NCBI GenBank assembly: GCA_022646745.1
Contig: CP060262.1
Span: 2,100,001 to 2,132,000 of the forward strand
Reading direction: 5' to 3'
DNA from: Planctomycetales bacterium
Lineage (GTDB): Bacteria > 4484-113 > JAFGCY01
DNA length: 32,000 bases
The position numbers were made by a program, and so were the translations under genes. Below, in pieces: positions 7,664-15,148 of this stretch. The notes under the pieces were generated by a model. That model was not told the DNA's origin. It saw only the letters and a program-made list of their open reading frames with translations, and ran no database searches. Positions within the stretch are counted from its first letter, which is position 1. Every line of letters begins with the position of its first letter.

Positions 7664-9628
7664 TTGGATAAGGACAACCAGAACCCAGAGGAAGAGACAG
7701 TCGAAAGCAACGGCGCAAGCGCGTCACAGAGCTATTCCGCAGAGAACATCCAGGTGCTCAAGGGCCTGGAGGGAGTGCGCCACCGCCCGGCGATGTACAT
7801 CGGATCGACCTCCGAGGCCGGCCTGCACCACCTCGTGTACGAGATCGTGGACAACGCGATCGACGAGGTGATGGCCGGGCATGCCACCAAGGTCAATGTC
7901 ACGTTGCACAAGGACGGTTCCTGCAGCGTGGAGGACAACGGCCGCGGTATCCCGGTGGACATCATGAAGGAGGAGGGCCGCCCCGCGCTGGAGGTGATCC
8001 TCACCACCCTGCATGCCGGCGGTAAGTTCGACTCAAGCAACTACAAGGTCTCCGGTGGCCTGCACGGCGTGGGCTCGAGCGTGGTCTGCGCCCTGTCCAG
8101 CCTGTTCACGGCGGAGGTACACCGCAACGGCCAGATCCACTATGTGGAGCTGGAGCGCGGCCTGCTGACCAAGCCGATGGAGATCACCGGCAAGACCAAG
8201 AAGAACGGCTCCGTCATCCGTTTCTGGCCCGACGAGAAGATCTTCGAGACCATTGAATTCAAGGCCACCATCCTCGAGGAGCGCCTGCGGGAGCTGAGTT
8301 ACCTCAATGCAGGCCTGGAGATCATCCTGACGGACGAGGATGAGGATGAGGCTGAGGAGCGGGTGAAGAAGTTCAAGGCCAAGGGTGGCCTGAGCGAATT
8401 CTGCAAGTACCTGAACCGCAGTTTCAATGCAGCCCAGCAGATCAGCCCGGTGATCCACTTCTCCGGTGAGATCGACGATACCCGGGTGGAAGTAGCGTTG
8501 CAGTGGACCAGCGGGTACAAGGAGCGCATCAACGGCTACGCCAACAACATCTTCACGAAGGATGGCGGCACGCACATCGTCGGACTCAAGAAGGCCGTCA
8601 CCCGCGTGATTTCCAGCTATGCCAAGAGCAAGGACCTCGTGAAGGGCAAGGAGCAGCTGACCGGTGACGATGTGCGTGAGGGCCTGACCGCGATCTGCTC
8701 CGTCTGGATCACCGAGCCGCAGTTCGAGGGCCAGACCAAGGGCGCACTCGGCAACAGCGAGGTGGCAGGCCAGGTCGAACGCGTAGTCGGTGAGTTGCTT
8801 ACCCAGTTCCTCGATGAGAATCCGAGTGTCGGCAAGAAGGTCGTCGAGCGCGCAGCCGCCGCCAGCCGTGCCCGAGAGGCCGCCAAGCGTGCCCGTGACA
8901 TCGAGCGCAAGAAGGCGGGCCTGAGTTCGAGCCTGCCGGGAAAGCTGACTGACTGCTCCGACCGCAACCCGGAGAACTGCGAACTGTTCATCGTTGAGGG
9001 AGATTCAGCGGCCGGGCCTGCCAAGGGCGCACGCAACCGAAACTTCCAGGCGATCCTGCCGATCCGAGGCAAGATCCTCAACGTGGAGAAGGCCGGCATC
9101 CACAAGGTGCTGCAGAACGAGGAAGTGCGCAGCCTGATCTCGGCGATCGGCACGAACATCGTGCCGAACTTCAACCTGGAGAAGCTGCGCTACCACAAGG
9201 TGGTGTTCCTCACCGATGCCGATGTCGACGGCGCGCACATCCGCACGCTTTTGATGACCTTCTTCTTCAACTTCATGCCGGAGCTGATCGAGAACGGGCA
9301 TCTGTACATCGCACTCAACCCGCTGTTCCGCATCCGCAAGGGCAAGGGCAAGCAGAAGTACGTGTTCACCGAGGAGGAGCGCGATGCCGCGGTTGCCGAA
9401 TTCGGTGGCAACTGCGAGGTCACGCGATTCAAAGGTCTGGGTGAGATGAACCCGGACGAGCTGTGGAACACCTCAATGGACCCGGAGAAGCGCACGCTGA
9501 TGCAGGTCAACATCGAGGACAAGCTGCATGCCGAGCAGGTGTTCGAGCGCCTGATGGGCAACGAGGTGCAGCCGCGCAAGAAGTTCATCACGGAGTACGC
9601 CCGCGAGGTGAAGAACCTCGACATCTAG
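7664..9628 (+). CDS. gyrB: DNA gyrase subunit B
   Basis: 654-aa ORF. GHKL ATPase motifs (LHHLVYEIVDNAIDE, DNGRGIPV, GGLHGVG) and Toprim (ELFIVEGDSAGG-like, PLRGKILNVEK-like, DADVDGAHI). TTG start with AAAGGA 7 nt upstream. Confidence 0.97.
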   Translation: MDKDNQNPEEETVESNGASASQSYSAENIQVLKGLEGVRHRPAMYIGSTSEAGLHHLVYEIVDNAIDEVMAGHATKVNVTLHKDGSCSVEDNGRGIPVDIMKEEGRPALEVILTTLHAGGKFDSSNYKVSGGLHGVGSSVVCALSSLFTAEVHRNGQIHYVELERGLLTKPMEITGKTKKNGSVIRFWPDEKIFETIEFKATILEERLRELSYLNAGLEIILTDEDEDEAEERVKKFKAKGGLSEFCKYLNRSFNAAQQISPVIHFSGEIDDTRVEVALQWTSGYKERINGYANNIFTKDGGTHIVGLKKAVTRVISSYAKSKDLVKGKEQLTGDDVREGLTAICSVWITEPQFEGQTKGALGNSEVAGQVERVVGELLTQFLDENPSVGKKVVERAAAASRAREAAKRARDIERKKAGLSSSLPGKLTDCSDRNPENCELFIVEGDSAAGPAKGARNRNFQAILPIRGKILNVEKAGIHKVLQNEEVRSLISAIGTNIVPNFNLEKLRYHKVVFLTDADVDGAHIRTLLMTFFFNFMPELIENGHLYIALNPLFRIRKGKGKQKYVFTEEERDAAVAEFGGNCEVTRFKGLGEMNPDELWNTSMDPEKRTLMQVNIEDKLHAEQVFERLMGNEVQPRKKFITEYAREVKNLDI

Positions 9629-9650
9629 GAGGCCAAGCCGTTGGCCTGGC
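9628..9650 (+). repeat. Direct repeat copy 1 (GGAGGCCAAGCCGTTGGCCTGGC), contains the GGCCAA/TTGGCC hairpin
   Basis: 22/23 identical to 9842-9864. Starts on the last base of the gyrB stop codon. Confidence 0.8.
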
Positions 9651-9654
9651 TGTG

Positions 9655-9675
9655 GGCAGAAGGCAGAAGGCAGAA
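9655..9675 (+). repeat. Heptamer tandem repeat (GGCAGAA)x3
   Basis: Read directly from the sequence. Confidence 0.85.
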
Positions 9676-9679
9676 GGAG

Positions 9680-9697
9680 GTCAGACGAAAGTCTGAC
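9680..9697 (+). repeat. Perfect hairpin GTCAGAC-GAAA-GTCTGAC (GNRA loop)
   Basis: Read directly. Related CAGAC...GTCTG motifs recur at 9818-9834 and 9870-9886. Confidence 0.8.
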
Positions 9698-9699
9698 AA

Positions 9700-9777
9700 C
9701 AGAAGCAGAAGCAGAAGCAGAAGCAGAAACAGAAACAGAAACAGAAGCAGAAGCAGAAACAGAAACAGAAACAGAAA
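9700..9777 (+). repeat. Hexamer microsatellite: 13 units, (CAGAAG)4(CAGAAA)3(CAGAAG)2(CAGAAA)4
   Basis: Read directly. Lies in the gyrB 3' untranslated region immediately before the terminator stem. Confidence 0.95.
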
Positions 9778-9804
9778 GGGCAGGCCAATGGCCTGCCCTT
9801 TTTT
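9778..9804. terminator. Intrinsic terminator between gyrB and the convergent secreted-protein gene (possibly bidirectional)
   Basis: GGGCAGGCC-AAT-GGCCTGCCC followed by TTTTTT on the + strand. The - strand reads a T-rich TTTCTGTTTCTG after the same stem. Confidence 0.75.
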
Positions 9805-9841
9805 CATGTTCACCGATGTCAGACTCTCATCTGGGCCGCCT

Positions 9842-9864
9842 GGAGGCCAAGCCGTTGGCTTGGC
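9842..9864 (+). repeat. Direct repeat copy 2 (GGAGGCCAAGCCGTTGGCTTGGC)
   Basis: 22/23 identical to 9628-9650. Confidence 0.8.
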
Positions 9865-9914
9865 AATTGCCAGACTCTCGTCTGGCCTCCGGCGCCAGGC
9901 CGGCGCCAGGCCTC

Positions 9915-10646
9915 CTAATACTCGATCGTCGTGCTCAGCATTCCATCCTCGTCCACATGCAACACCGCACTGAACTGCTGCGCCGCATTCAGGCGCAGGT
10001 CCCCCGGGCTGCCATCGAATTTATACGGCACTCCGGTCACGGGATTGGGCGTATCGGGGTTGATCGGCGTAAAGCCTGTCGAGAACAGGTCCTCCATCGT
10101 ATCCGGGTACATGCCGAACACGCCGTGGTAGTCCTGGATCGCCTGGTTGAGCAGGCCAACCTGCGCGAACTGCACCAGCTTGTCCATATTGCTTTCGTAG
10201 CTCTTCAGCCTGGCATCATGCTCCGGCAGCAGGTGCCGCGACAGGCGGATGCGCTTGAACTGGTTCACATAGGTCTCGCCCTGCACCAGGATGCGCCGGT
10301 TCTCGCTGCCATCGCGGTTCTCACTCACGAGGGTGAAGAAGTTGGCACTGCCCTGCAGGTAGGCATCCCCGGGGAAGTCCAGCTGGCCGTCATCCGGGTC
10401 CACCACCTGGCCCTCCGGACCGGTCAGCTGGTGTGGGTAGATCCCGCTGGCCACCAAGCTGGCCCAGTCCCCTGGCATCTCGCCGAACACGCGGTAGTAG
10501 CGGTTGACTGCATGCTCGATGAAGCGGGCGGGGTAGTAGCCGGCCGGGTTGGCGGGCATTTCATCCGCCTGCTGGGCGGACGCCGTGAGGCTGGACAGCA
10601 TCAGCATGGCCAGCACGGTCAGTGGAACACGAAGGAATCTGCTCAT
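9915..10646 (-). CDS. Secreted hypothetical protein with two pseudopilin (GspG globular domain)-like motifs
   Basis: 243-aa ORF. Sec signal peptide ending ASA-QQ. GGGAG SD. Two internal segments of the form xYxxxFGxxPxxxxxLxxxGxxP. No prepilin leader. Confidence 0.7.
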   Translation of the reverse strand: MSRFLRVPLTVLAMLMLSSLTASAQQADEMPANPAGYYPARFIEHAVNRYYRVFGEMPGDWASLVASGIYPHQLTGPEGQVVDPDDGQLDFPGDAYLQGSANFFTLVSENRDGSENRRILVQGETYVNQFKRIRLSRHLLPEHDARLKSYESNMDKLVQFAQVGLLNQAIQDYHGVFGMYPDTMEDLFSTGFTPINPDTPNPVTGVPYKFDGSPGDLRLNAAQQFSAVLHVDEDGMLSTTIEY

Positions 10647-10770
10647 GAGGAACTCCCGACCTCTGAATTCATCCTACGGACTCAACCGCAATATAGCACT
10701 TTGGCATATCGACGGTCAAAGGCCAGTGACGGACAGGTATGCCCGCCTGTTCAGTGAATGTATTCACGTT

Positions 10771-10796
10771 TGAACCCATAGCGCGTTTCCCTGCGT
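10771..10796 (+). repeat. Direct repeat A flanking the low-GC cassette (TGAACCCATAGCGCGTTTCCCTGCGT)
   Basis: 23/26 identical to 12142-12167. Sits at the high-to-low G+C transition. Confidence 0.6.
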
Positions 10797-10813
10797 ACTT
10801 TTGCAGAAAGGAA

Positions 10814-10851
10814 GCAGGCAGCACCCACAGAAGCCTGGGATTACTGCCTGT
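10814..10851 (-). terminator. Candidate terminator hairpin after the low-GC two-gene cassette
   Basis: GCAGGCAG ... CTGCCTGT stem (7 bp plus a G-U) with a ~22-nt loop, followed on the - strand by TTCCTTTCT. The geometry is weak. Confidence 0.3.
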
Positions 10852-10881
10852 CAGCGGGAATCGAACTGAGAATTGCTGGAA

Positions 10882-11295
10882 TCAGGGATCAAAGATACTT
10901 CCGCAACAATCCTTTACAAGCTGGCTGCACCGGCAAGTTTCAGGACTGGCAACGTCGTCAATCCACTCGCAACCGGTGTCATGTACGGGAGATGGGTTAG
11001 GATTCTGCGAAGTGTCCGAATCGTACTGGCAGTCGCCCATTTCACTGCCAGGAAGAGTGCACATGCATTTGTGTATGGTGTAAGAGGGTGGAATTACCTG
11101 AGCACACATGTCAAGCACCCCATTCGTCTCATCAACCACGAAGAGAACCCGGTAGCGGAAGTTGAGTTGACTGTACGTTGATATTGAGCATGCTCCTTCT
11201 GCTGCATAAGTAGAGTTTGTGCCAAACCCCGGCAAGGAGACGGAAACAACGATGAAGAATGCAATCAGGACTGACATGAAACGCATTGGCTTCAC
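10882..11295 (-). CDS. Small secreted cysteine-rich protein (10 Cys in the mature part)
   Basis: 137-aa ORF. GTG start overlaps the upstream stop (GTGA), with AGGAGG 6 nt upstream. Hydrophobic signal peptide. Lies in a visibly low-G+C stretch. No family recognised. Confidence 0.6.
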   Translation of the reverse strand: MKPMRFMSVLIAFFIVVSVSLPGFGTNSTYAAEGACSISTYSQLNFRYRVLFVVDETNGVLDMCAQVIPPSYTIHKCMCTLPGSEMGDCQYDSDTSQNPNPSPVHDTGCEWIDDVASPETCRCSQLVKDCCGSIFDP

Positions 11296-11990
11296 TTGTT
11301 ACCTCCTGCAGTCTCAGCGGAATCAGTCGAATCGGTTTCTGCCTGCTGTTTCGCCTTTCTTGCTTCCAGCTTGCGATCCGTTTCAGCAGCCGTTTGACGA
11401 TGAGATCCTGCCTGATAAAGGGTGCCTTTCGCCACAACGGCCCAGTTATTGAATTGCATCACTTCCGGTGCGCCAAGTCTCGCGAACTCCAAGTCCGGGC
11501 CGTATATCCCGAGTTCAAAGGACAGCGGGATGAGATTCCTCTCGGCGATGGCCCCGATGTATGAATATTCCTCTGGAGGGCAGACCTGCCAGACGAGGCA
11601 GCCGGGCGCAAACTCAGCTGCGGAATCGACGACTCGCATGGGCTCCCAGTTATCGTAGGGATTGACAGGCCAGCCGGGTGCATAGCCTCCACTTACCACC
11701 TCATGGAGATCTGTGGGAAGCCGATCGTTGTCAAGCTTGTAGGCCAGCACTCCATTGTAGACTGTCCAGAACGCGTAGAAAAGGTATTCCGATTGCTCCA
11801 CGTCCTGCCATGCAGGCTGGGAGAGAAACAGGAATTCCTGCTTATCCATCATGGACTGATAGCTGCTTGTGGATTCATCGATGTATTGGTCCAGCAGTTC
11901 GCTGCGATCCATGGCATGAACCGGATGAACTGATAGAGCTGCGGCTATTGCAACGGCAAATACACAAATAATCGCCTTGAAAAATCGCAT
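11292..11990 (-). CDS. Secreted hypothetical protein with a pseudopilin-like motif and a charged C-terminal tail
   Basis: 232-aa ORF. Signal peptide ending VHA-MD. GGGAGGAAGGG SD. Segment YNGVLAYKLDNDRLPTDLHEVVSGGYAPGWPVNPYDNW resembles the motif in the 9915-10646 product. Confidence 0.65.
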   Translation of the reverse strand: MRFFKAIICVFAVAIAAALSVHPVHAMDRSELLDQYIDESTSSYQSMMDKQEFLFLSQPAWQDVEQSEYLFYAFWTVYNGVLAYKLDNDRLPTDLHEVVSGGYAPGWPVNPYDNWEPMRVVDSAAEFAPGCLVWQVCPPEEYSYIGAIAERNLIPLSFELGIYGPDLEFARLGAPEVMQFNNWAVVAKGTLYQAGSHRQTAAETDRKLEARKAKQQAETDSTDSAETAGGNK

Positions 11991-12141
11991 ATTCCCTTCC
12001 TCCCTTCTGAGTTGGAATGTACTTCAAATTATCATCTCTCTCTCTGTCAAGTATTTTCCAGAAAATCACCTATGAATTCTCTTTCATTTGTCAGGCCTAC
12101 TGAGATTGTTTGAAATGACCATGCTTCAATCCAGCCTCCCA

Positions 12142-12167
12142 TGAACCCCTCGCGCGATTCCCTGCGT
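12142..12167 (+). repeat. Direct repeat B flanking the low-GC cassette (TGAACCCCTCGCGCGATTCCCTGCGT)
   Basis: 23/26 identical to 10771-10796. Sits at the low-to-high G+C transition, 30 nt upstream of the M48 start. Confidence 0.6.
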
Positions 12168-12197
12168 CATATGGCATAACTGATGCAGGAGGCCGCA

Positions 12198-13241
12198 ATG
12201 GCTCAGGCTGGCAAGCTGTACTTCGAGGACCTGTCCTACAAGTCCTTTGTGTATCCCGGTGACGAGGAAGCGCTGGAGAATCTCAAGAAGATCCCCGGTG
12301 CGCGCCGGCTGTTCCGCTGGCTGATCGAGAATGCGCTCGAGGACTACCTGCAGCTCGAGAACAAGTACTACCGCACCCTGGTCACGGCGGAGAACTACCC
12401 GAGCGTGCATGAGCGCGTGCAGCACTGCTGCAAGGTGCTGGACTGCCCGGCGCCGGAGACCTACCTCGGCTACAGCCCGTTCTTCAATGCGATGACCTTC
12501 GGCGTCAACCGCACCTTCCTCGTGATCAACTCTGCGATGGTGGAGACCTACACCGACGACGAGCTGGACTTCGTGATCGGGCATGAGCTGGGCCACATCA
12601 AGGCCGGACATGTGCTCTACAAGACGATCGCCTGGTTCATCGTGCAGAACCTGCAGTACCTGCAACTGATCGTGCCCTTCCCGTTGCCGATCGGTGTGCT
12701 GATCCAGCCGCTCCTGCTGGCGATGTTCGAGTGGAGCCGCCGCGCCGAGTTCACGGCGGACCGCGCCGGCCTGCTCACCGTGCAGGATGCCGGCGTGGCG
12801 ATGCAGGCCCTGTCGCGCTTCAGCGGCCGGCTGAACAAGCTGGAGCATGAGCACAACCTGGACAGCATGCTGCAGCAGGTGCAGGACATCGAGAAGTATG
12901 ACAACCAGATGGCGAAGATCATGCTGTTCATCAACTCGATGGGGGCCACGCACCCCTATCCGGTGCTCAGGCTGCAGAAGCTGAAGGACTGGATGGAGGA
13001 GGGCGGCTACCGCAAGGTGATCAGCGGCGAATATGTGCGCGATGATGAGGGCGAGCACGAGCTCGGGCCGCGCCTGTACTGCGACTCCTGCCGGATCCGC
13101 GTGAATGCCAAGCGCGGCAAGTGCCCGCGCTGCGGCACGCAGTTGGTGGTCGGGCGCAAGCATGCCTGGAGCAATGGCAACGGCAACGGGAACGGCGCGG
13201 CTGTCGATGATGACGACAGCTATGAAACTAACGAGGACTAG
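12198..13241 (+). CDS. M48 family zinc metallopeptidase with C-terminal zinc ribbon
   Basis: HELGHIKAGH (HExxH). C-terminal CDSC-x11-CPRC. (NG)4 and an acidic tail. The ATG at 12198 has AGGAGG 5 nt upstream, so I prefer it to the track start at 12183. Confidence 0.85.
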   Translation: MAQAGKLYFEDLSYKSFVYPGDEEALENLKKIPGARRLFRWLIENALEDYLQLENKYYRTLVTAENYPSVHERVQHCCKVLDCPAPETYLGYSPFFNAMTFGVNRTFLVINSAMVETYTDDELDFVIGHELGHIKAGHVLYKTIAWFIVQNLQYLQLIVPFPLPIGVLIQPLLLAMFEWSRRAEFTADRAGLLTVQDAGVAMQALSRFSGRLNKLEHEHNLDSMLQQVQDIEKYDNQMAKIMLFINSMGATHPYPVLRLQKLKDWMEEGGYRKVISGEYVRDDEGEHELGPRLYCDSCRIRVNAKRGKCPRCGTQLVVGRKHAWSNGNGNGNGAAVDDDDSYETNED

Positions 13242-13286
13242 TGGCACTCAGACTGTGTGACATGAGAGCATGCAGCGGAGGCGAAA

Positions 13287-13658
13287 ATGGCACGGACATA
13301 CTGTGAATGCAAGGCCTGTGGCTACCTGGTGCCGGTGGAGAGCGGCGAGTGCAGCAACTGCGGCGAGCTGCGCCAGCCGGGGACCAGTAAGGCAGTGGAC
13401 CAGCAGCCGGTGCTGCGTGTGCCGGGTGAGGACATCGCTGACAACACTCCCGTGGTGCCGGCCAACCCGGCCTCCAGTGGCGCTGTGGATGAGCTGCTGC
13501 TCGATGAGATCCGCAACCTGCGGCGCATGCAGGACCGCCAGGGCAGGAGCATCCTGCGCTGGATGAAGCTGCAGTCGCTGATCCTCGCCCTGACCGGCCT
13601 GTTCGTGACGATCATCATCTTCCTGTGCTACCTGGCGATCACCGGCCCGATCGGCTAG
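13287..13658 (+). CDS. Zinc-ribbon protein with C-terminal transmembrane anchor
   Basis: 123-aa ORF. N-terminal CECKAC-x10-CSNC, then a linker, then the hydrophobic helix LILALTGLFVTIIIFLCYLAI. GGAGG 5 nt upstream. Confidence 0.65.
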   Translation: MARTYCECKACGYLVPVESGECSNCGELRQPGTSKAVDQQPVLRVPGEDIADNTPVVPANPASSGAVDELLLDEIRNLRRMQDRQGRSILRWMKLQSLILALTGLFVTIIIFLCYLAITGPIG

Positions 13659-14980
13659 TCGCCGGGAATCGTTTGCAGCAGCTGCCAGCCGAGCACGGCG
13701 TTGTCAATCCAGGCTCCATGCAGCGGGTCCTCGCCTGCGATGCGCAGCGGCAGGGACTGGCACCAGTGGCCCCGGGCATAGAGCGGGATCAGCTGGTTCG
13801 TATGGCTGCCGTAGCTGCATTCCATCTCCGGCATTACTCCCGCTCCCCTGTTGCCAGGCATGTGGTCCAGCAGGTCTGATCCATCCCGGCACAGGTGCCC
13901 GCATTCATGGTCGCCGGTGACGATGAGCAGCGTGTTTTCCCAGCCGGGGCCATCCTCGATCCAGCTGCTTACGACATCCACCGCGTAGTTGAAGTCCTGC
14001 ATTTCCTCGATGATCCTTGCCTCATCGCGGTCATGTGCGGCCCAGTCCACGGCCCCGCCCTCGATCATCAGGAAGAAGCCATTGTCATTCTCTAGCGTGT
14101 TGAGCGCTGCCAGTGACAGCGTTGCCAGGTCCGGCAGGTTCTCATTCAGCGGGGACTGGTAGGGATTGTCCGCAGGATGGGGTCGCTTGGCCTGCAGGGT
14201 GCCCCAGACCCGCGGCATGCCGAAGATGCGCAGGTCGGTGCCCTCATCAGCGATGTGCTGGAAGTCCTGCAGCTCGTCTATGAAGCTCCAGCCAGGCTTG
14301 CCGCCGTTATGCGTAGCCAGTCCCGCGACACCATCCTGCAGGGCAAGCCAATCCGATTCGGAAATGTACTTGTAATCCGCCTCGGGCTTGCGCTTCCCGG
14401 CGTTGTCAAACCAGGGATGGCCGCAGCCGATGACCAGGTCCAGCGGGCTTTCCCAGATCATCTGGCGCGCGATCTCCTGGTATTCGCTGCGTGACTGCAC
14501 ATGCGCCCCGAAGCAGGCCGGAGTGGCATGGCTGAAGGGCACGGTGCTGACGACACCCGTGCGCATCCCATGTCGTGCCGCCGCCTCCACCACCGTCTGC
14601 AGCGCATTGCCCCAGGGGTCCTCTGAAATAGCCCCGTTGATGGTCTTCTCTCCAGTGGCCATCGCCGTGGCTGAGGCCGCGCTGTCGGTAGCCCCCTTGC
14701 GCTGCCAGTCCGGATCGGACCACATCAGCTGCGGGTCATAGCTGCCGCCATGGGGATAGGTGCTCATCGCCAGCTGCACCGGCCACTGCTCGTAGCACTG
14801 CGTGCCCGGTGCGCCGAAGCGGTACATTCCGCTGGCGGCCACCTGCGCGAAGCCGAGTCCGTCGGCAATCATCAGGATGATCCTGTCCGGTGGCTCCGTG
14901 ACTGGCTTTGCGAGGCTGGCCTGTGGCAGGCACAGCAGGCACAGGCTCAGCAGCAGTGACAGCAGGCTGCGCGTTTTCAT
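13655..14980 (-). CDS. Alkaline phosphatase family protein (secreted)
   Basis: Signal peptide. MIADGLG metal-site motif and GATDSAASATAMATGEKT containing the PhoA-type Ser nucleophile. ATG at 14980, with GTG at 14983 as an alternative. Confidence 0.9.
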   Translation of the reverse strand: MKTRSLLSLLLSLCLLCLPQASLAKPVTEPPDRIILMIADGLGFAQVAASGMYRFGAPGTQCYEQWPVQLAMSTYPHGGSYDPQLMWSDPDWQRKGATDSAASATAMATGEKTINGAISEDPWGNALQTVVEAAARHGMRTGVVSTVPFSHATPACFGAHVQSRSEYQEIARQMIWESPLDLVIGCGHPWFDNAGKRKPEADYKYISESDWLALQDGVAGLATHNGGKPGWSFIDELQDFQHIADEGTDLRIFGMPRVWGTLQAKRPHPADNPYQSPLNENLPDLATLSLAALNTLENDNGFFLMIEGGAVDWAAHDRDEARIIEEMQDFNYAVDVVSSWIEDGPGWENTLLIVTGDHECGHLCRDGSDLLDHMPGNRGAGVMPEMECSYGSHTNQLIPLYARGHWCQSLPLRIAGEDPLHGAWIDNAVLGWQLLQTIPGD

Positions 14981-14986
14981 CACAGC

Positions 14987-15136
14987 TCAGTCGAGTTCAG
15001 CGGGGTCCGCCTCGAACAGTTCATCGCCATCTTCGCGGATGTAGTCGCAGGCCGGGCAGACCTTCCACTTGCCGTCGCACAACAGGCCACAGGCCGGGCA
15101 GATCCAGCGGGTTTCCTTCTCGGCGGGGGAGTCCAT
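14987..15136 (-). CDS. Small zinc-ribbon protein (49 aa), not in the supplied ORF track
   Basis: My hand translation is MDSPAEKETRWICPACGLLCDGKWKVCPACDYIREDGDELFEADPAELD, with CxxC-x11-CxxC. It fills the gap between two same-strand genes. GATAAT lies 6 nt upstream of the ATG. Confidence 0.5.
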   Translation of the reverse strand: MDSPAEKETRWICPACGLLCDGKWKVCPACDYIREDGDELFEADPAELD

Positions 15137-15142
15137 CGCTGC

Positions 15143-15148
15143 ATTATC
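15143..15148 (-). promoter_or_regulatory. -10-like GATAAT 6 nt before the ATG of the 49-aa zinc-ribbon ORF
   Basis: Read directly on the - strand. Confidence 0.3.

Noticed and set aside
9625-9813. 62-aa Leu/Phe-rich ORF on the - strand, and the Arg/Ser/Asn-rich + strand ORF at 9641-9973
   Set aside because: They are translations of the CAGAAR hexamer microsatellite, and they run through the terminator hairpin.
9816-10757. 313-aa ORF on the + strand
   Set aside because: It is antisense to the signal-peptide protein at 9915-10646 and starts inside the hairpin-rich gyrB 3' region. It has no motifs.
10771-12167. Integron gene cassette / attC interpretation of the low-GC cassette
   Set aside because: The flanking repeats are direct, not the imperfect inverted attC architecture, and no intI or attI is in the window. 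I kept it as a generic DR-flanked cassette finding instead.
12126-13247. 373-aa ORF on the - strand
   Set aside because: It is antisense to the M48 peptidase, which has a clear HExxH motif. The composition is low complexity and there is no SD or signal.
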